DNA of 64,000 bases from Campylobacterota bacterium (GCA_034661055.1 JAYEKO010000015.1:28194-92193), one strand, 5' to 3'; counted from the first letter of the stretch, positions 47,303-57,416 are shown. Notes: a model not told the origin generated them from the letters alone. Numbers and translations: made by a program.

Positions 47303-50300
47303 TAGTATTTATACGAAAGCCCCACATCAAAGAAACGTCCTACTTTGTAGCGTTTTGTGATATTTTCACCCTCTTTCCAGACAATTTCATCATCTAAAAT
47401 ATTACGTATTTTAAAGGTCAATTTTAAGTTTTCTTCAAACTTCTCTTGCCACGTAAAGTCAAGAATATTTGGTGGAACCTCAACAGAATCAGGATACTCT
47501 TTAACCCCATTCTTAAGCCCTATTTTACGAATACGTTCACCCATTTTATTGTACGAGAAGTTCACAGAACGGCTCTCTCTGTCATCATAACCTAAACTAA
47601 GATTAATAACATAAGGAGATAAGCCCTGCAACTCTCTGTTATTAGAGGTAAAGTGATTTTCTTGTTTCTCTGTTAATTCCACATTAGATTGAATATAAGA
47701 GAAGTTTCCTGAAATATAGTAGTTCTCTAAGCCGTCATCTACAAAGTCCATTGTTTTATATCCATCAATCTCAAATCCATACAGATCAGCACGTTTTGAA
47801 TTCATAAATGAATACACTGGCATTGATGATGAGATTAGCTGGGTATCTTCAATAGGATTATCCATTATTTTGTAAAACAGTGACCCTGACATACTCTCCA
47901 TTGCATTAAAATAGTGTGCGTATTTAAAATCAAAACTTGTAATGTCTGTATGTGTCAAAAATGGATTACCAATAACCGTTGCCACCTCATCAGGGTCATC
48001 ATAACCACTACTTGAAAATTCTCTAAAGTCAGGGTAAACATACGTTTGTGAGAAAGCAAAACGTAACTGATCATCATCATTAAGTTTGTATTTCACATCA
48101 AAGTGTGGCAGTATTTTATCTATAGTAAGTTCATTAGGCTCAATAGTGACAAGGTTCCCGTTAGATGGATCTTTTTTATACTCATACATCACCTGCTTAA
48201 GAGCCACTTGACGTGCTCCAAATACCACCTCAAGTTCACTTGTCGGGTTCAATAAGACTTTAGCAAAAATAGAGTCTTCATCTAAGGTCGCATCATAATA
48301 ATCTGATGGAGCGTAAAGAGATTGAATAAGAAAAGCACTTTGAAAATATGATGCATCACTCTGAGATACATACTTATCTAAAATAAAGTCCGGCTTCTCC
48401 TGTTTGTCTTGATCATCTATCTTTCCTGTACCTTTATCGGCGCTCAAATAGTACTTATTGGCACGAGATTCACGATATTTTGAAACCAAGTCAATACCAA
48501 TTATAATACTATCATCCTCACTTAGCATTGGAATGTCCATTTTATTGTTTGCATAAAAATGGTCAACATCATCATTAGAAGTGATGTTATGAAAAATAAG
48601 ATTTTGTGTAGATTGCGTCTTTAACTCAAAATTCTCACCTGTTTTTGAGTAATCAATGTAAATATATTTCAAGTTGGCAGGTTGATACATCTGTGCATAT
48701 GCTTTCTCTCCACCAAAGTTTAATTCCATTGGCACATACGCCTCATATTTAAGAGAACCTGTCAACTGGTTAATATCTAGGGTACGCTCTTGCCACTCTA
48801 AGTAGTAGTTGTTTTGCAAACTATCATTTGAGCCAAGCTCCCCATCAAAAACACGTGTATTTTCATCAGTATTTAAGAGTACCATCTTTGTAAACAGGAG
48901 GTTGAAAATATCATCATAGTTATAGCTAAGATTAAGCATCCCTCCATGTTTATATTTACTTTTAGTTTTACTCACCTCTCCCATACTATCAGGCGTGTCT
49001 TCAACCTCACCGCTATCTAGCATCTCATAATCATAAGTCTCTTCAACGTAGTGCGCGTGTGCTTGCTCATAAGAGTAGTTTGCTAAAATACCGACACTGT
49101 GTTTATCATTAATCTCAAATCGTTTTGAGAACTCAATAGAGCCTTTATAGCCTAGAGGAACATCTTTAGTAAAAGTGTTCTGCTTGCGCTCGGCTAACAT
49201 TTTTGTGTACTCTATGAGTTGATCTTTTGTAAAAGGACGGTTCCCGTCTTTATCTTTAAAAAAGGGGTCAAAGTTAGGGACTTTTTCACCCTCTTGGACA
49301 CTACCTGCTGCTAAAATCTCTTGATCTATTTCACGGGTACCGTCATCTTTACCTCTCCAGTCACTACTGCTACCATGATAAAAAGTACCCTCATTAAAAG
49401 TTGAGCTATTACCTTTTAGCGACCCTCCGATTTTAATGTAATCCTCTGTAATATCTTTTTTGGTACGAATATCAATATATCCACCCCCAAAGTTTGCCGG
49501 AATATCTGCAGAAAATGATTTTTGAACCTTTAGACTTCCAATAACACCTGCTGGAAAAATATCTAAAGGTACAACACGCTTAATTGGGTCGGGTGATGGT
49601 AGGGTCATGCTGTTCATCTGTACATTTGAGTAACGTTCTCCAAGCCCACGAACGTAAATATTTTTTCCATCAACAATAGTAATTCCTGAGACACGTTTTA
49701 GTGCAGCCGCAGCATTGCTATCCCCTTTTTTTGAGAGCTGTTCTGAACCTAAAATATCTGCAATTGAGCTACTTTTTTTCATCTCGGCAGTTAGCGCAGC
49801 GATGCTCCCTTCCACCTGTGGCGCTAAGACAACAAACTCTTCAAGCTCCATAGCAGAGGGGGTCAGTTCAACAAGCTTACTCACGGTTTCTTTGGCAATA
49901 ATTTTAACCTTAAAGGTCTGCGCACTAAAATCACTATGAATAGCAGAGAGTGTATGTTCACCCTCCGGCAGGTCTAAGGCAACATTTCCCTTGGCATCAC
50001 TTTTAACATCAATACTCATTCCCTTAACAAAAATGCGTACCTCTGCAATTTTTTTACTATCTTCAGACGAGAGTAGAGAGAGAAGAACCGTACCCTTGGC
50101 TTTTGTAACGTCAACCTTCGCAATCTCTTGCTCACTACTGCCTTGTGATGCTTCTACATCAGAAAATCCTAATGTATTAGTCGATGTTAGTGATAAAATC
50201 ACCTGAGACTCTTTTAACGCTTCAATGCTAACACTCTTTTTAACAAAGGCTTGAGCAACACCATTCTCTTTTGAAAGCAGGTGAATACTATAACTCCCTT

Positions 50301-50511
50301 CTGCTAATTTTGTAAAGATGTAGCCATCAGAGTCTGCTTTAAAGTTAAGCTCTACTCTCTCTTTGTTCTTGGCCTCTTTGTCTATCTTAAAAACAACTAC
50401 CTCTTGTTGTGGTAGAGGTTTTCCATCTTTAAGCACATATAAAGAGAGTTCTCCTAACTCTGAAGCAATCAGTGAAACTGTTAAAAGTAATAGGCTAAAA
50501 ATAAGTTTCAT
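47302..50511 (-). CDS. Large TonB-dependent receptor with two N-terminal carboxypeptidase-regulatory-like beta-sandwich repeats
   Basis: Plug: ITIVDGKNIYVRGLGERYSNVQMNSMTLPSPDP...FPAGVIGSLKVQKSF. C-terminal barrel ending VGLSYKY. Start set at ATG 50511 (MKLIFSLLLL). Confidence 0.8.
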   Translation of the reverse strand: MKLIFSLLLLTVSLIASELGELSLYVLKDGKPLPQQEVVVFKIDKEAKNKERVELNFKADSDGYIFTKLAEGSYSIHLLSKENGVAQAFVKKSVSIEALKESQVILSLTSTNTLGFSDVEASQGSSEQEIAKVDVTKAKGTVLLSLLSSEDSKKIAEVRIFVKGMSIDVKSDAKGNVALDLPEGEHTLSAIHSDFSAQTFKVKIIAKETVSKLVELTPSAMELEEFVVLAPQVEGSIAALTAEMKKSSSIADILGSEQLSKKGDSNAAAALKRVSGITIVDGKNIYVRGLGERYSNVQMNSMTLPSPDPIKRVVPLDIFPAGVIGSLKVQKSFSADIPANFGGGYIDIRTKKDITEDYIKIGGSLKGNSSTFNEGTFYHGSSSDWRGKDDGTREIDQEILAAGSVQEGEKVPNFDPFFKDKDGNRPFTKDQLIEYTKMLAERKQNTFTKDVPLGYKGSIEFSKRFEINDKHSVGILANYSYEQAHAHYVEETYDYEMLDSGEVEDTPDSMGEVSKTKSKYKHGGMLNLSYNYDDIFNLLFTKMVLLNTDENTRVFDGELGSNDSLQNNYYLEWQERTLDINQLTGSLKYEAYVPMELNFGGEKAYAQMYQPANLKYIYIDYSKTGENFELKTQSTQNLIFHNITSNDDVDHFYANNKMDIPMLSEDDSIIIGIDLVSKYRESRANKYYLSADKGTGKIDDQDKQEKPDFILDKYVSQSDASYFQSAFLIQSLYAPSDYYDATLDEDSIFAKVLLNPTSELEVVFGARQVALKQVMYEYKKDPSNGNLVTIEPNELTIDKILPHFDVKYKLNDDDQLRFAFSQTYVYPDFREFSSSGYDDPDEVATVIGNPFLTHTDITSFDFKYAHYFNAMESMSGSLFYKIMDNPIEDTQLISSSMPVYSFMNSKRADLYGFEIDGYKTMDFVDDGLENYYISGNFSYIQSNVELTEKQENHFTSNNRELQGLSPYVINLSLGYDDRESRSVNFSYNKMGERIRKIGLKNGVKEYPDSVEVPPNILDFTWQEKFEENLKLTFKIRNILDDEIVWKEGENITKRYKVGRFFDVGLSYKY

Positions 50512-51656
50512 TATTGGCACTCCCAAAAATTGTCTTGACACTTTTCTATATTTTTTCTCACTTCAGTCGCTTTGGCAAAGAGGTCAGGTCGTGTCAGATT
50601 TTTTAGCTCTGATTCACTACTTACATAGTCACCAATAGAGTAATGACTGTAAGCTAAAGCGTAACGTATATCTTCATTTTCAATAAGCCCCGAACGATAA
50701 AGCTCTTTTTTCATAGCAACAATACGCTCATACTCCCCAAACTCAAGAAAAATAGCGATACGCTGTTTGTACTTCTCTTTGGTATCTAACATCTGAGAAT
50801 TTTTAAATAAGGCTAGGGTAAACTCACTTGCTCGGCGCATCATCTCAGCAGACTCTTTAATGTACTTTGTATCTTCAATTGAGGCTTCATCAAACAGATC
50901 TGCGGCAGCTTGAATCATCTCTTTATCAATGTAAAGGTGTGCAAGCAGTACCGTTGTCTCAGCGCTACTTTCAAACTGCAAGTTGGCAGTTTCACACAAC
51001 TCTATGGCACGGTTAGTTTCACCACTTTTACGCATAGTGTTAATAAATGAAAGTGATGTTTTAGCTGTTGGTTTGGCATGTTTCATGTAAACGCCAGCAT
51101 CATCCAGAGCACTTTGATACAAGTTAAGTTCTATGAAGTAGTAGAAACGTTGCTTATAGAAACTCCACTGCTTTGGAAACTTTTTCAGAGCAGTTTTAAG
51201 TGTTTCTAAGGCATTTTCATGATTCTGTAGCTTCCAGTGAGCATCTGCTTTAAGACCCAGAACCTTAGGTTTCTCATCTGCTAATTTTCCAGCATTTTTA
51301 ATATAGCTTATGGTGTTTTTATACTCTTTAAGCTGATAACTATTTTGCGCCATATAGAGATAAATCGATTTATCTTCTTGACCATTTTTTAAGGCATCTA
51401 AAAAGTTAACATTAGCTTTTTTGTACTGTTTTTTCTTGCTTAAAACCAATCCCTTGAGCGTATAGTAGCGCGGAAGATCGACACTGCTTTTGTTTAAATC
51501 AACTTGGTTAAGTGTTTCATTGGCTCTATCATAATAACCATCTTTCATTAGCAGCGCTGCCAATGCTACGAAATCCACCTCATTTTTTTTAGCATAGAGC
51601 ACTACACTCAACGCTGCTGTAATAATAATACTTAAAAATAATTTCATCATCTTCAC
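50511..51656 (-). CDS. TPR-repeat periplasmic protein (TtpD-like position)
   Basis: Signal peptide, multiple TPR-like helical pairs, and its position after tonB. Confidence 0.65.
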   Translation of the reverse strand: MKMMKLFLSIIITAALSVVLYAKKNEVDFVALAALLMKDGYYDRANETLNQVDLNKSSVDLPRYYTLKGLVLSKKKQYKKANVNFLDALKNGQEDKSIYLYMAQNSYQLKEYKNTISYIKNAGKLADEKPKVLGLKADAHWKLQNHENALETLKTALKKFPKQWSFYKQRFYYFIELNLYQSALDDAGVYMKHAKPTAKTSLSFINTMRKSGETNRAIELCETANLQFESSAETTVLLAHLYIDKEMIQAAADLFDEASIEDTKYIKESAEMMRRASEFTLALFKNSQMLDTKEKYKQRIAIFLEFGEYERIVAMKKELYRSGLIENEDIRYALAYSHYSIGDYVSSESELKNLTRPDLFAKATEVRKNIEKCQDNFWECQ

Positions 51657-52295
51657 TTACTGTAGGTCAAAGCGAACTTTCTGTTTCGCCCATACTTTAA
51701 CCGCTTTACCTTGATATACTGCCGGCTCAAACGTCCAGCTTTTCACACCTGCCACTGCCACTTCATCAAATACACCTTGAGGGTGACTCTCTAATACTCT
51801 CACCTTATCTACACGACCTGACTGGGTAATAAACAGGTTCATTAGCACATAGCCAGTCACCCCGTTTGCACGTGCTTTTTTAGGGTAATCCATGGCTGAA
51901 CGTGAAACAGGTTTTGGTGCAACATCAACCGTATCGCCCGTCATCACCATATCTTTTCCCATATCGCCGAGTAACGAGTCGTCCATATTTAACTCTTCGC
52001 TCATAAAAGATTCTAAGCCTGTGTCAATACCACTAAGAGATGACATCATTGTAGGAACAGGAGCAGTTCGTTTTGGCTTAGACGGTTTTTTCTTAGGTTT
52101 TGGTTTTGGTTTTGGTTTTGGCTTAGGTTTTTGCATTTTTTTAACATCAAAATCAGCACTTGAAGCTTTCTTGTCTGTTGACATTAAGCCACCATCAGCA
52201 TTCATCAGCATTAAAATATAGAAGACAAAACTAACACCAAGAAGCATCCATACAAATGCTTTGAGATGGTTTTTAACCTGAGACTCTTCTCTCAC
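51657..52295 (-). CDS. tonB: TonB energy transducer
   Basis: TM anchor, (KP)n spacer KPKPKPKPKPKPKKKPSKPK, C-terminal YPKKARANGVTGYV...VKSWTFEP. Start set at GTG 52295, which has AAGAGG 9 nt upstream. Confidence 0.85.
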   Translation of the reverse strand: MREESQVKNHLKAFVWMLLGVSFVFYILMLMNADGGLMSTDKKASSADFDVKKMQKPKPKPKPKPKPKKKPSKPKRTAPVPTMMSSLSGIDTGLESFMSEELNMDDSLLGDMGKDMVMTGDTVDVAPKPVSRSAMDYPKKARANGVTGYVLMNLFITQSGRVDKVRVLESHPQGVFDEVAVAGVKSWTFEPAVYQGKAVKVWAKQKVRFDLQ

Positions 52296-52296
52296 G

Positions 52297-52701
52297 CTAT
52301 CCGACCTCTTTTTCAGTAGCAACAGCAACATCTATGGCGCCTGAAAGACGACACTGATCAACCACTTCAATAAGCTTCTCTACCGCAACACTCTGATCGG
52401 TAACTACTAATACAGATTTTTCAGTAGAAGCACGAAGCATGTCGCGTAACTTACCTTGAATTGCCCACACTTTAACAGGCTGTCCATCAATGTAGGTATC
52501 GGCCTGATTATCTAAATAGACACGAATTACCTTACTTGAAGCCTTTGAAGCCGATGATGCACCAGGGCGATTTAAATCAAGTTTCATATCTTTGACAAAT
52601 GTTGAACTGACCATGAAAAATATGAGTAAAATAAATACCATATCGATAAGTGGTGACATGTCAACACCCTCTTCAACCGCCTTTTTCTTTCTATAACGCA
52701 T
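52297..52701 (-). CDS. exbD: ExbD/TolR biopolymer transport protein
   Basis: MSPLIDMVFILLIFFMV and the periplasmic domain. Start trimmed to ATG 52701. Confidence 0.85.
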   Translation of the reverse strand: MRYRKKKAVEEGVDMSPLIDMVFILLIFFMVSSTFVKDMKLDLNRPGASSASKASSKVIRVYLDNQADTYIDGQPVKVWAIQGKLRDMLRASTEKSVLVVTDQSVAVEKLIEVVDQCRLSGAIDVAVATEKEVG

Positions 52702-53305
52702 TACTGCTTCCTTGTGAACATAAAATATCTTTAATCTGTTCGAGTTCAAATTCAATTATACTGGCATGACGTTCAAGAAGTCGTCCAATAATAAGCCCCG
52801 GTACAGCTACAACAAGTCCGAGTTGTGTTGTAAAAAGAGCTTGAGAGATTCCCCCTGCAATACCACCTGTTTGTGAAAACAGTGCTGATGACGCTAAAGA
52901 GTCAAAGGTCTCAATCATTCCTACAACGGTTCCTAAAAGTCCAATAAGCGGTGCGACTATAACAATGGTTCGCACTAAACGCTCCATGCTTTTAACTCTG
53001 GTCTCATAGTAATAGAAGCTATCATCAAGCTCTTTACGTGCAATCTTCATGTTAGCGTTGTTAGCGACAATTTTCATGCCCTCAACAATAGCTTCATCAA
53101 TAATTCCGACTACTTTTTGACGTTTATTTTCACTGTACTTACGAACCAAGGTGCGAACACTTTTTTTAGAACCACGATTGACGGTATGAAAACGAAATCC
53201 AAGTCCATACCATAAAAGCATGGCTAAAATAAACAGTGGCCACATCACAAATCCACCGCTTTGCATGTAGGCTAAAAAACTATCTATATACAATTCAAAC
53301 TGCAT
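52691..53305 (-). CDS. exbB: MotA/TolQ/ExbB proton channel protein
   Basis: Three TM; GLLGTVVGMIETF and GGIAGGISQALFTTQLGLVVAVP. Confidence 0.85.
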   Translation of the reverse strand: MQFELYIDSFLAYMQSGGFVMWPLFILAMLLWYGLGFRFHTVNRGSKKSVRTLVRKYSENKRQKVVGIIDEAIVEGMKIVANNANMKIARKELDDSFYYYETRVKSMERLVRTIVIVAPLIGLLGTVVGMIETFDSLASSALFSQTGGIAGGISQALFTTQLGLVVAVPGLIIGRLLERHASIIEFELEQIKDILCSQGSSNAL

Positions 53306-54618
53306 TACTTCTGCTTGTTATACTCGTTAATCAAATGTAGCGCTGAATGTTCCATCGCATCTTTAATTTTCTCTGCCCAGCCACTTAGTAAGTTTCCTAA
53401 AAGCAGTAGAGGAATAGCGACAATAAGTCCTAACTCTGTTGTAACAAGTGCAATTGAGATACCACCTGAGAGTAGTTTTGGATCACCTGTTCCAAACTCT
53501 GTAATGATGTCAAAGGTTGCAATCATTCCCGTTACTGTTCCTAAAAGTCCAAGAAGTGGAGCTACTGCTGCTAAGACCATAATGGCAGAACCAAAACGAT
53601 CAAGTCGAGAACTCTCATGCATAATGGACTCCATCACAATATCTTCAATATGCTCACGATCACGGTCAAGGTTACGAATGGTTGCCTTTAAAACACGCGC
53701 TGTTGCTCCACTTTTTGTTTTTAAGTACTCTAAAGTTTTTGCTTCACCATCTTTTAGGAGGTGTTCTAGTGCATCAGGTGCTAATTTAGTAGTTGATTGA
53801 CTTGAACCACTCAAAAACACAAAACGAAGCGCTGCTAAGAGCAGTCCAATAACTCCAAGGCCCACAATAACCCAACCAATAATTCCAGCTGAGTTAATAA
53901 TACTTAGAACCGTTTTCACCTCTTTATTATCAATCTCTAAACTAGGATTTTCATATAAAAAGATATTTAGCTGTGACACTTGAGAGCCATCTTTTAGTGC
54001 CTTCGCACTTAATGCAGCATCTGGCTCATTCCAAAGTTTTAATTTTCCAGCTCCAGCAGGAACTAAAGCACCTGCTACATCACTAGCAAGACCATAAGTT
54101 GCAATATTTCCAACCTTAACTAAGGTTCCTTTTTTCTGCGTTCCATCTGCTAAGTAAAAAGAGCCCTCAGTAGTGCGAACTGATGAGAGGTTTTTTAAAA
54201 GTTCTTTTGACTTTTGAAACACTACCTTTAAAGTTTCAGGGTAGTTCTCTTCATCAATTTTCATCTTCATGCCGTACGGCTCTAAAGCTGACGTTGCTTG
54301 CAGTGCCACTGAGCCAATAAGAGCTGTGTCATCATCAATATTTAAAACATTTTGCTGTGCACGAAAAAGCTCTTCACTCATTAAATCATTTCTGCTACCT
54401 TTTTTAAGCAGACGATTTTGAAGTGATGAAACATCATTTTTAGCATTTTTAATTTTAATAGCGCTGCTACTTTTAACACTTTTTAGACGCTTGTTGAGCA
54501 TCTGCTTTTGTGCCTTTAAGAAGGCATACTCTTTGGCATAAGCACGCTCTAAATCACTATCGGTTACACCAAAAGCCAAGCTTGAAAGCAGCAGGGTTAG
54601 TAGTAAAATACGTCTCAT
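53305..54618 (-). CDS. TtpC-like MotA/TolQ/ExbB-family protein with a large periplasmic N-domain
   Basis: 437 aa. C-terminal GLLGTVTGMIATF...GGISIALVTTELGLIVAIP, preceded by a ~230-aa secreted domain. Confidence 0.75.
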   Translation of the reverse strand: MRRILLLTLLLSSLAFGVTDSDLERAYAKEYAFLKAQKQMLNKRLKSVKSSSAIKIKNAKNDVSSLQNRLLKKGSRNDLMSEELFRAQQNVLNIDDDTALIGSVALQATSALEPYGMKMKIDEENYPETLKVVFQKSKELLKNLSSVRTTEGSFYLADGTQKKGTLVKVGNIATYGLASDVAGALVPAGAGKLKLWNEPDAALSAKALKDGSQVSQLNIFLYENPSLEIDNKEVKTVLSIINSAGIIGWVIVGLGVIGLLLAALRFVFLSGSSQSTTKLAPDALEHLLKDGEAKTLEYLKTKSGATARVLKATIRNLDRDREHIEDIVMESIMHESSRLDRFGSAIMVLAAVAPLLGLLGTVTGMIATFDIITEFGTGDPKLLSGGISIALVTTELGLIVAIPLLLLGNLLSGWAEKIKDAMEHSALHLINEYNKQK

Positions 54619-55376
54619 TATTTAGCCTCCACTAGAGCATTAGGCATTGTAAAATAGCCTGAGCGAATCTGCTTTTTAAACGCATCAAAAAGCGCTAAAA
54701 TTTGAACTTGCTCCTCTTTAGCAACACTCTCTTGGTAAAAATACCCACTCGCATCTTTTTGCACATAACCGACACGTTCATCGGGTGTTTTAAAGTACAT
54801 CATAACCATTCCAACACGTGCTATTTCAGCTAAACGTTCAGCACTATCAAGAGTAATAGTCTGCTTGAAGGTTCCATTTTCTTTGGTCATACGAATAGCA
54901 TCTGAGTAGCTATTCCATGTTAAGGCTAAAGCTTTTTGTGGAGTAATAAGGTCTGCTTCAAGCTGAGATTCGATATTTTCAAGATCTGCGATTCTATCTT
55001 TAGTTTTAAAAGGCAGATCACTGTTTATTTGAGCTTTTAGAGTAGTTAGTGCCTCCTGAACTAGAGGCTTAATTCCTTCAGAGTTAGCACTTGCTGCTTC
55101 AATCTGCTTTTTAACTTTGTCTAGCTCTTGTTTAATCTGTTTCATTCTAAGATCTTCACGAGCTAGAGTCGTTTCAAGTTCGTTCTTTTCCATTACAAGC
55201 GATTTCATTGATGCCTTATAAGCATCTTTTTCATCTTGTATCTGCGTGTCTAGTCTTTGAACATCAGCGCGAAGCTTCATTAGCGACTGAGCCATATTTT
55301 CAACTGAACTACCCGCTAAAAGCGATGAAGTAACAATTGAAGTTGTAAGGCAGAGTGATACGAGGTTTTTGTACAT
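54618..55376 (-). CDS. DUF3450-like coiled-coil periplasmic protein (TtpB-like position)
   Basis: Signal peptide and a long coiled coil; it is the first gene of the TonB2-type operon. Confidence 0.55.
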   Translation of the reverse strand: MYKNLVSLCLTTSIVTSSLLAGSSVENMAQSLMKLRADVQRLDTQIQDEKDAYKASMKSLVMEKNELETTLAREDLRMKQIKQELDKVKKQIEAASANSEGIKPLVQEALTTLKAQINSDLPFKTKDRIADLENIESQLEADLITPQKALALTWNSYSDAIRMTKENGTFKQTITLDSAERLAEIARVGMVMMYFKTPDERVGYVQKDASGYFYQESVAKEEQVQILALFDAFKKQIRSGYFTMPNALVEAK

Positions 55377-55518
55377 ACTATTTCCATACCTAATTTAAGA
55401 TGTGAAAGAGTACTTAAGAGGAATTACTTAAATGATACTTTTTGGTTACATAATGGTTACGCTATTGTTCCAATTATACAATACCGCTAAAGAAAGAGCT
55501 CTTACTCTCAAACTTATC

Positions 55519-55537
55519 AATAATGATTATCAATATA
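55519..55537. promoter_or_regulatory. Fur-box-like site in the divergent promoter region
   Basis: AATAATGATTATCAATATA compared with the consensus GATAATGATAATCATTATC: hexamers match 5/6 and 5/6, the central C is kept, and the third hexamer is weak. Confidence 0.4.
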
Positions 55538-55567
55538 ATAAACAATTAAGCTTCTATAGTCTATCAT

Positions 55568-55591
55568 TTTGATATCAGTTATCAAAAAGGA
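55568..55591 (+). promoter_or_regulatory. Operator-like element TTTGATATCAGTTATCAAAAAGGA (TTGATA-N5-TATCAA), shared with 60088-60112
   Basis: 21 of 24 aligned positions are identical to the element at 60088-60112 (one 1-nt gap); both abut the RBS. TATAGT at 55555-55560. Confidence 0.4.
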
Positions 55592-55597
55592 ATTTAT

Positions 55598-55909
55598 ATG
55601 TCTATCTTAATAATCGGTGGTGATAAAATAGCCAAAATTGAGCATATGCTACAGAAACTCGGAGCTACAAAAACAGTGCATTGGGATAGTCGAAGAAACT
55701 CGACCTCACATAAACAGATACCTTGTGATACCGACGGTATTATTATGCTAACTGATTTCTTAAAGCATAATACTATGCGTCACTTCAAAAAAATTGCAAA
55801 AGTAAAAGAGGTTCCTTTTGTTTGCGTACGTAGAGGAAGCGGACGTATAGGAAATGAATTTATTAAGCTGTCAAATACAATTATTGATAGTGGCAAAATT
55901 AATTTCTAA
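55598..55909 (+). CDS. DUF2325-like small protein
   Basis: ILIIGGD...HWDSR...IPCDTDGIIMLTDFLKHNTMRHFKKIAK...PFV follows the DUF2325 pattern as I recall it. Confidence 0.5.
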   Translation: MSILIIGGDKIAKIEHMLQKLGATKTVHWDSRRNSTSHKQIPCDTDGIIMLTDFLKHNTMRHFKKIAKVKEVPFVCVRRGSGRIGNEFIKLSNTIIDSGKINF

Positions 55910-55920
55910 AAGGAGCCCTT

Positions 55921-56715
55921 ATGCGTAAAATAGGATTTTCACCTTATAGGGATGGAAGTAAAGAGATTCTACCAAAGACCTATATGATTAATCAGCGTCA
56001 TATACAGAGAAAAATGTTTTTTACTTTAATTAACAGTTATTTAGGGGAGGATGCAAAGATTCCTCTTCAAAACAGGCATCTATTTAAAAAAGATTTGTTT
56101 AGTATTTTTATAGATAAAATTCAGTCATATTTTCAATTCTATAAGTTTAGACCTGAAAAACCACAAAAAATTGTTCGTATATATACGCATGAATCACTCT
56201 TGTTTCATCAGTTTTTCAAGCAGTGCAAAGATGCTAAAGCACGATACATCACTAAAAACTATCTCTTTAATTCAAATTTTGAGAAGTTGCTAGGCTACAG
56301 TCACCCTGCCGCAGAGCTGATACAGCTCATATTTAATGGCAAAGAGGTAAAAATGATGCTTGAGCTTAATAAAGTCTTTACACATACAGTATATGAGCGT
56401 ATTAAACGAGAAGCTAACAAGAAGATAACTCTCGATATGCCATACATACATATTAATCAAGATGGAATTACTACCCGTCTGCATCCAAGATGGAAGCATG
56501 TCAATCCAAAAAATTTACAGAGGAGAGAAAATGACATAGAAGATGGGTTTTTACAATTAGAAGGGGAGGAGATTGATCAGTACTATCTGGTTTATCCCAA
56601 GACAGATACATTCAAACGCCATATAAAGGTCGAAAATGAATCGTTACAACATCTTAAGATGATTCCATATTCATTTACATTTTGCAATAGGAGCAAAAAA
56701 CAATGCAAAAAATAG
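55921..56715 (+). CDS. Hypothetical protein (264 aa), no recognisable motif
   Basis: Good RBS (AAGGAG). Sits between the DUF2325 gene and fldA, overlapping fldA by 13 nt. Confidence 0.5.
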   Translation: MRKIGFSPYRDGSKEILPKTYMINQRHIQRKMFFTLINSYLGEDAKIPLQNRHLFKKDLFSIFIDKIQSYFQFYKFRPEKPQKIVRIYTHESLLFHQFFKQCKDAKARYITKNYLFNSNFEKLLGYSHPAAELIQLIFNGKEVKMMLELNKVFTHTVYERIKREANKKITLDMPYIHINQDGITTRLHPRWKHVNPKNLQRRENDIEDGFLQLEGEEIDQYYLVYPKTDTFKRHIKVENESLQHLKMIPYSFTFCNRSKKQCKK

Positions 56716-57221
56716 GACTATTTTACGCCAGTTCAACAGGAAATACAGAGAATGTTGCAAATGCAATTAAAGAAACAATGACCTCATCTCAAATTGAGCT
56801 TCATAATGTTGATAGCTGTGATGATGATGCCATGAACGAATATGAGTTTATTATTTTAGGTGTCTCAACATGGGGCGAAGGTGATTTACAAGATGACTGG
56901 GACGACTACTTACCTAATATGCAAAAAGTTGATTTTACCAATAAAACTATTGCGCTATTTGGATTGGGCGACCAAGAAGAGTATTGCGATAACTTTTTAG
57001 ATGCAATGGGAGCACTTTATGATGTAGCCATTGAAGCTGGAGCTACTGTTGTTGGAAGCTGGTCAACAGATGGTTATGAGCATGATGAATCTACCGCTAT
57101 TAGAAACGGTGAATTTGTTGGATTAGCTATTGATGAAGACAATCAAGAAGAGTTAAGCAATGAACGTGTTACAAAATGGGTTGAACAGATTAGCCCATAT
57201 TTTACTAAGGAGGTAACATAG
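56703..57221 (+). CDS. fldA: Long-chain flavodoxin
   Basis: IGLFYASSTGNTENVA FMN-phosphate loop, GVSTWGEGDLQDDW, and LFGLGDQEEY. Confidence 0.9.
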   Translation: MQKIGLFYASSTGNTENVANAIKETMTSSQIELHNVDSCDDDAMNEYEFIILGVSTWGEGDLQDDWDDYLPNMQKVDFTNKTIALFGLGDQEEYCDNFLDAMGALYDVAIEAGATVVGSWSTDGYEHDESTAIRNGEFVGLAIDEDNQEELSNERVTKWVEQISPYFTKEVT

Positions 57222-57416
57222 ATATAAAAAATAAGATTAAAGCGATATAAATTTAAATAACATTGGATTAAGAATATCTAGAGCTATCAAGGCTAACAAT
57301 AAGCTCATTTTTTCTCCTTACGTGATTTTTTTCTTCAAGTATTTAAAATTTATAACTAACTCCATACACAATTTAATTTCACAATCCGAGCTCTCCCTCG
57401 GATTACCATAAATAGA

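Noticed and set aside
52085-52135. Tandem GGTTTT hexanucleotide repeat
   Set aside because: It encodes the (Lys-Pro)n spacer of TonB on the minus strand, a normal feature of TonB proteins rather than a regulatory microsatellite.
53315-53800. Long antisense or alternative-frame track ORFs (for example 53315-53800, 37220-37534, 62110-62520, 46405-46716, 51892-52221, 3903-4208, 24100-24437)
   Set aside because: Each lies entirely within a strongly supported CDS on the other strand or frame. They show no motifs, and such shadow ORFs are typical of AT-rich genomes.
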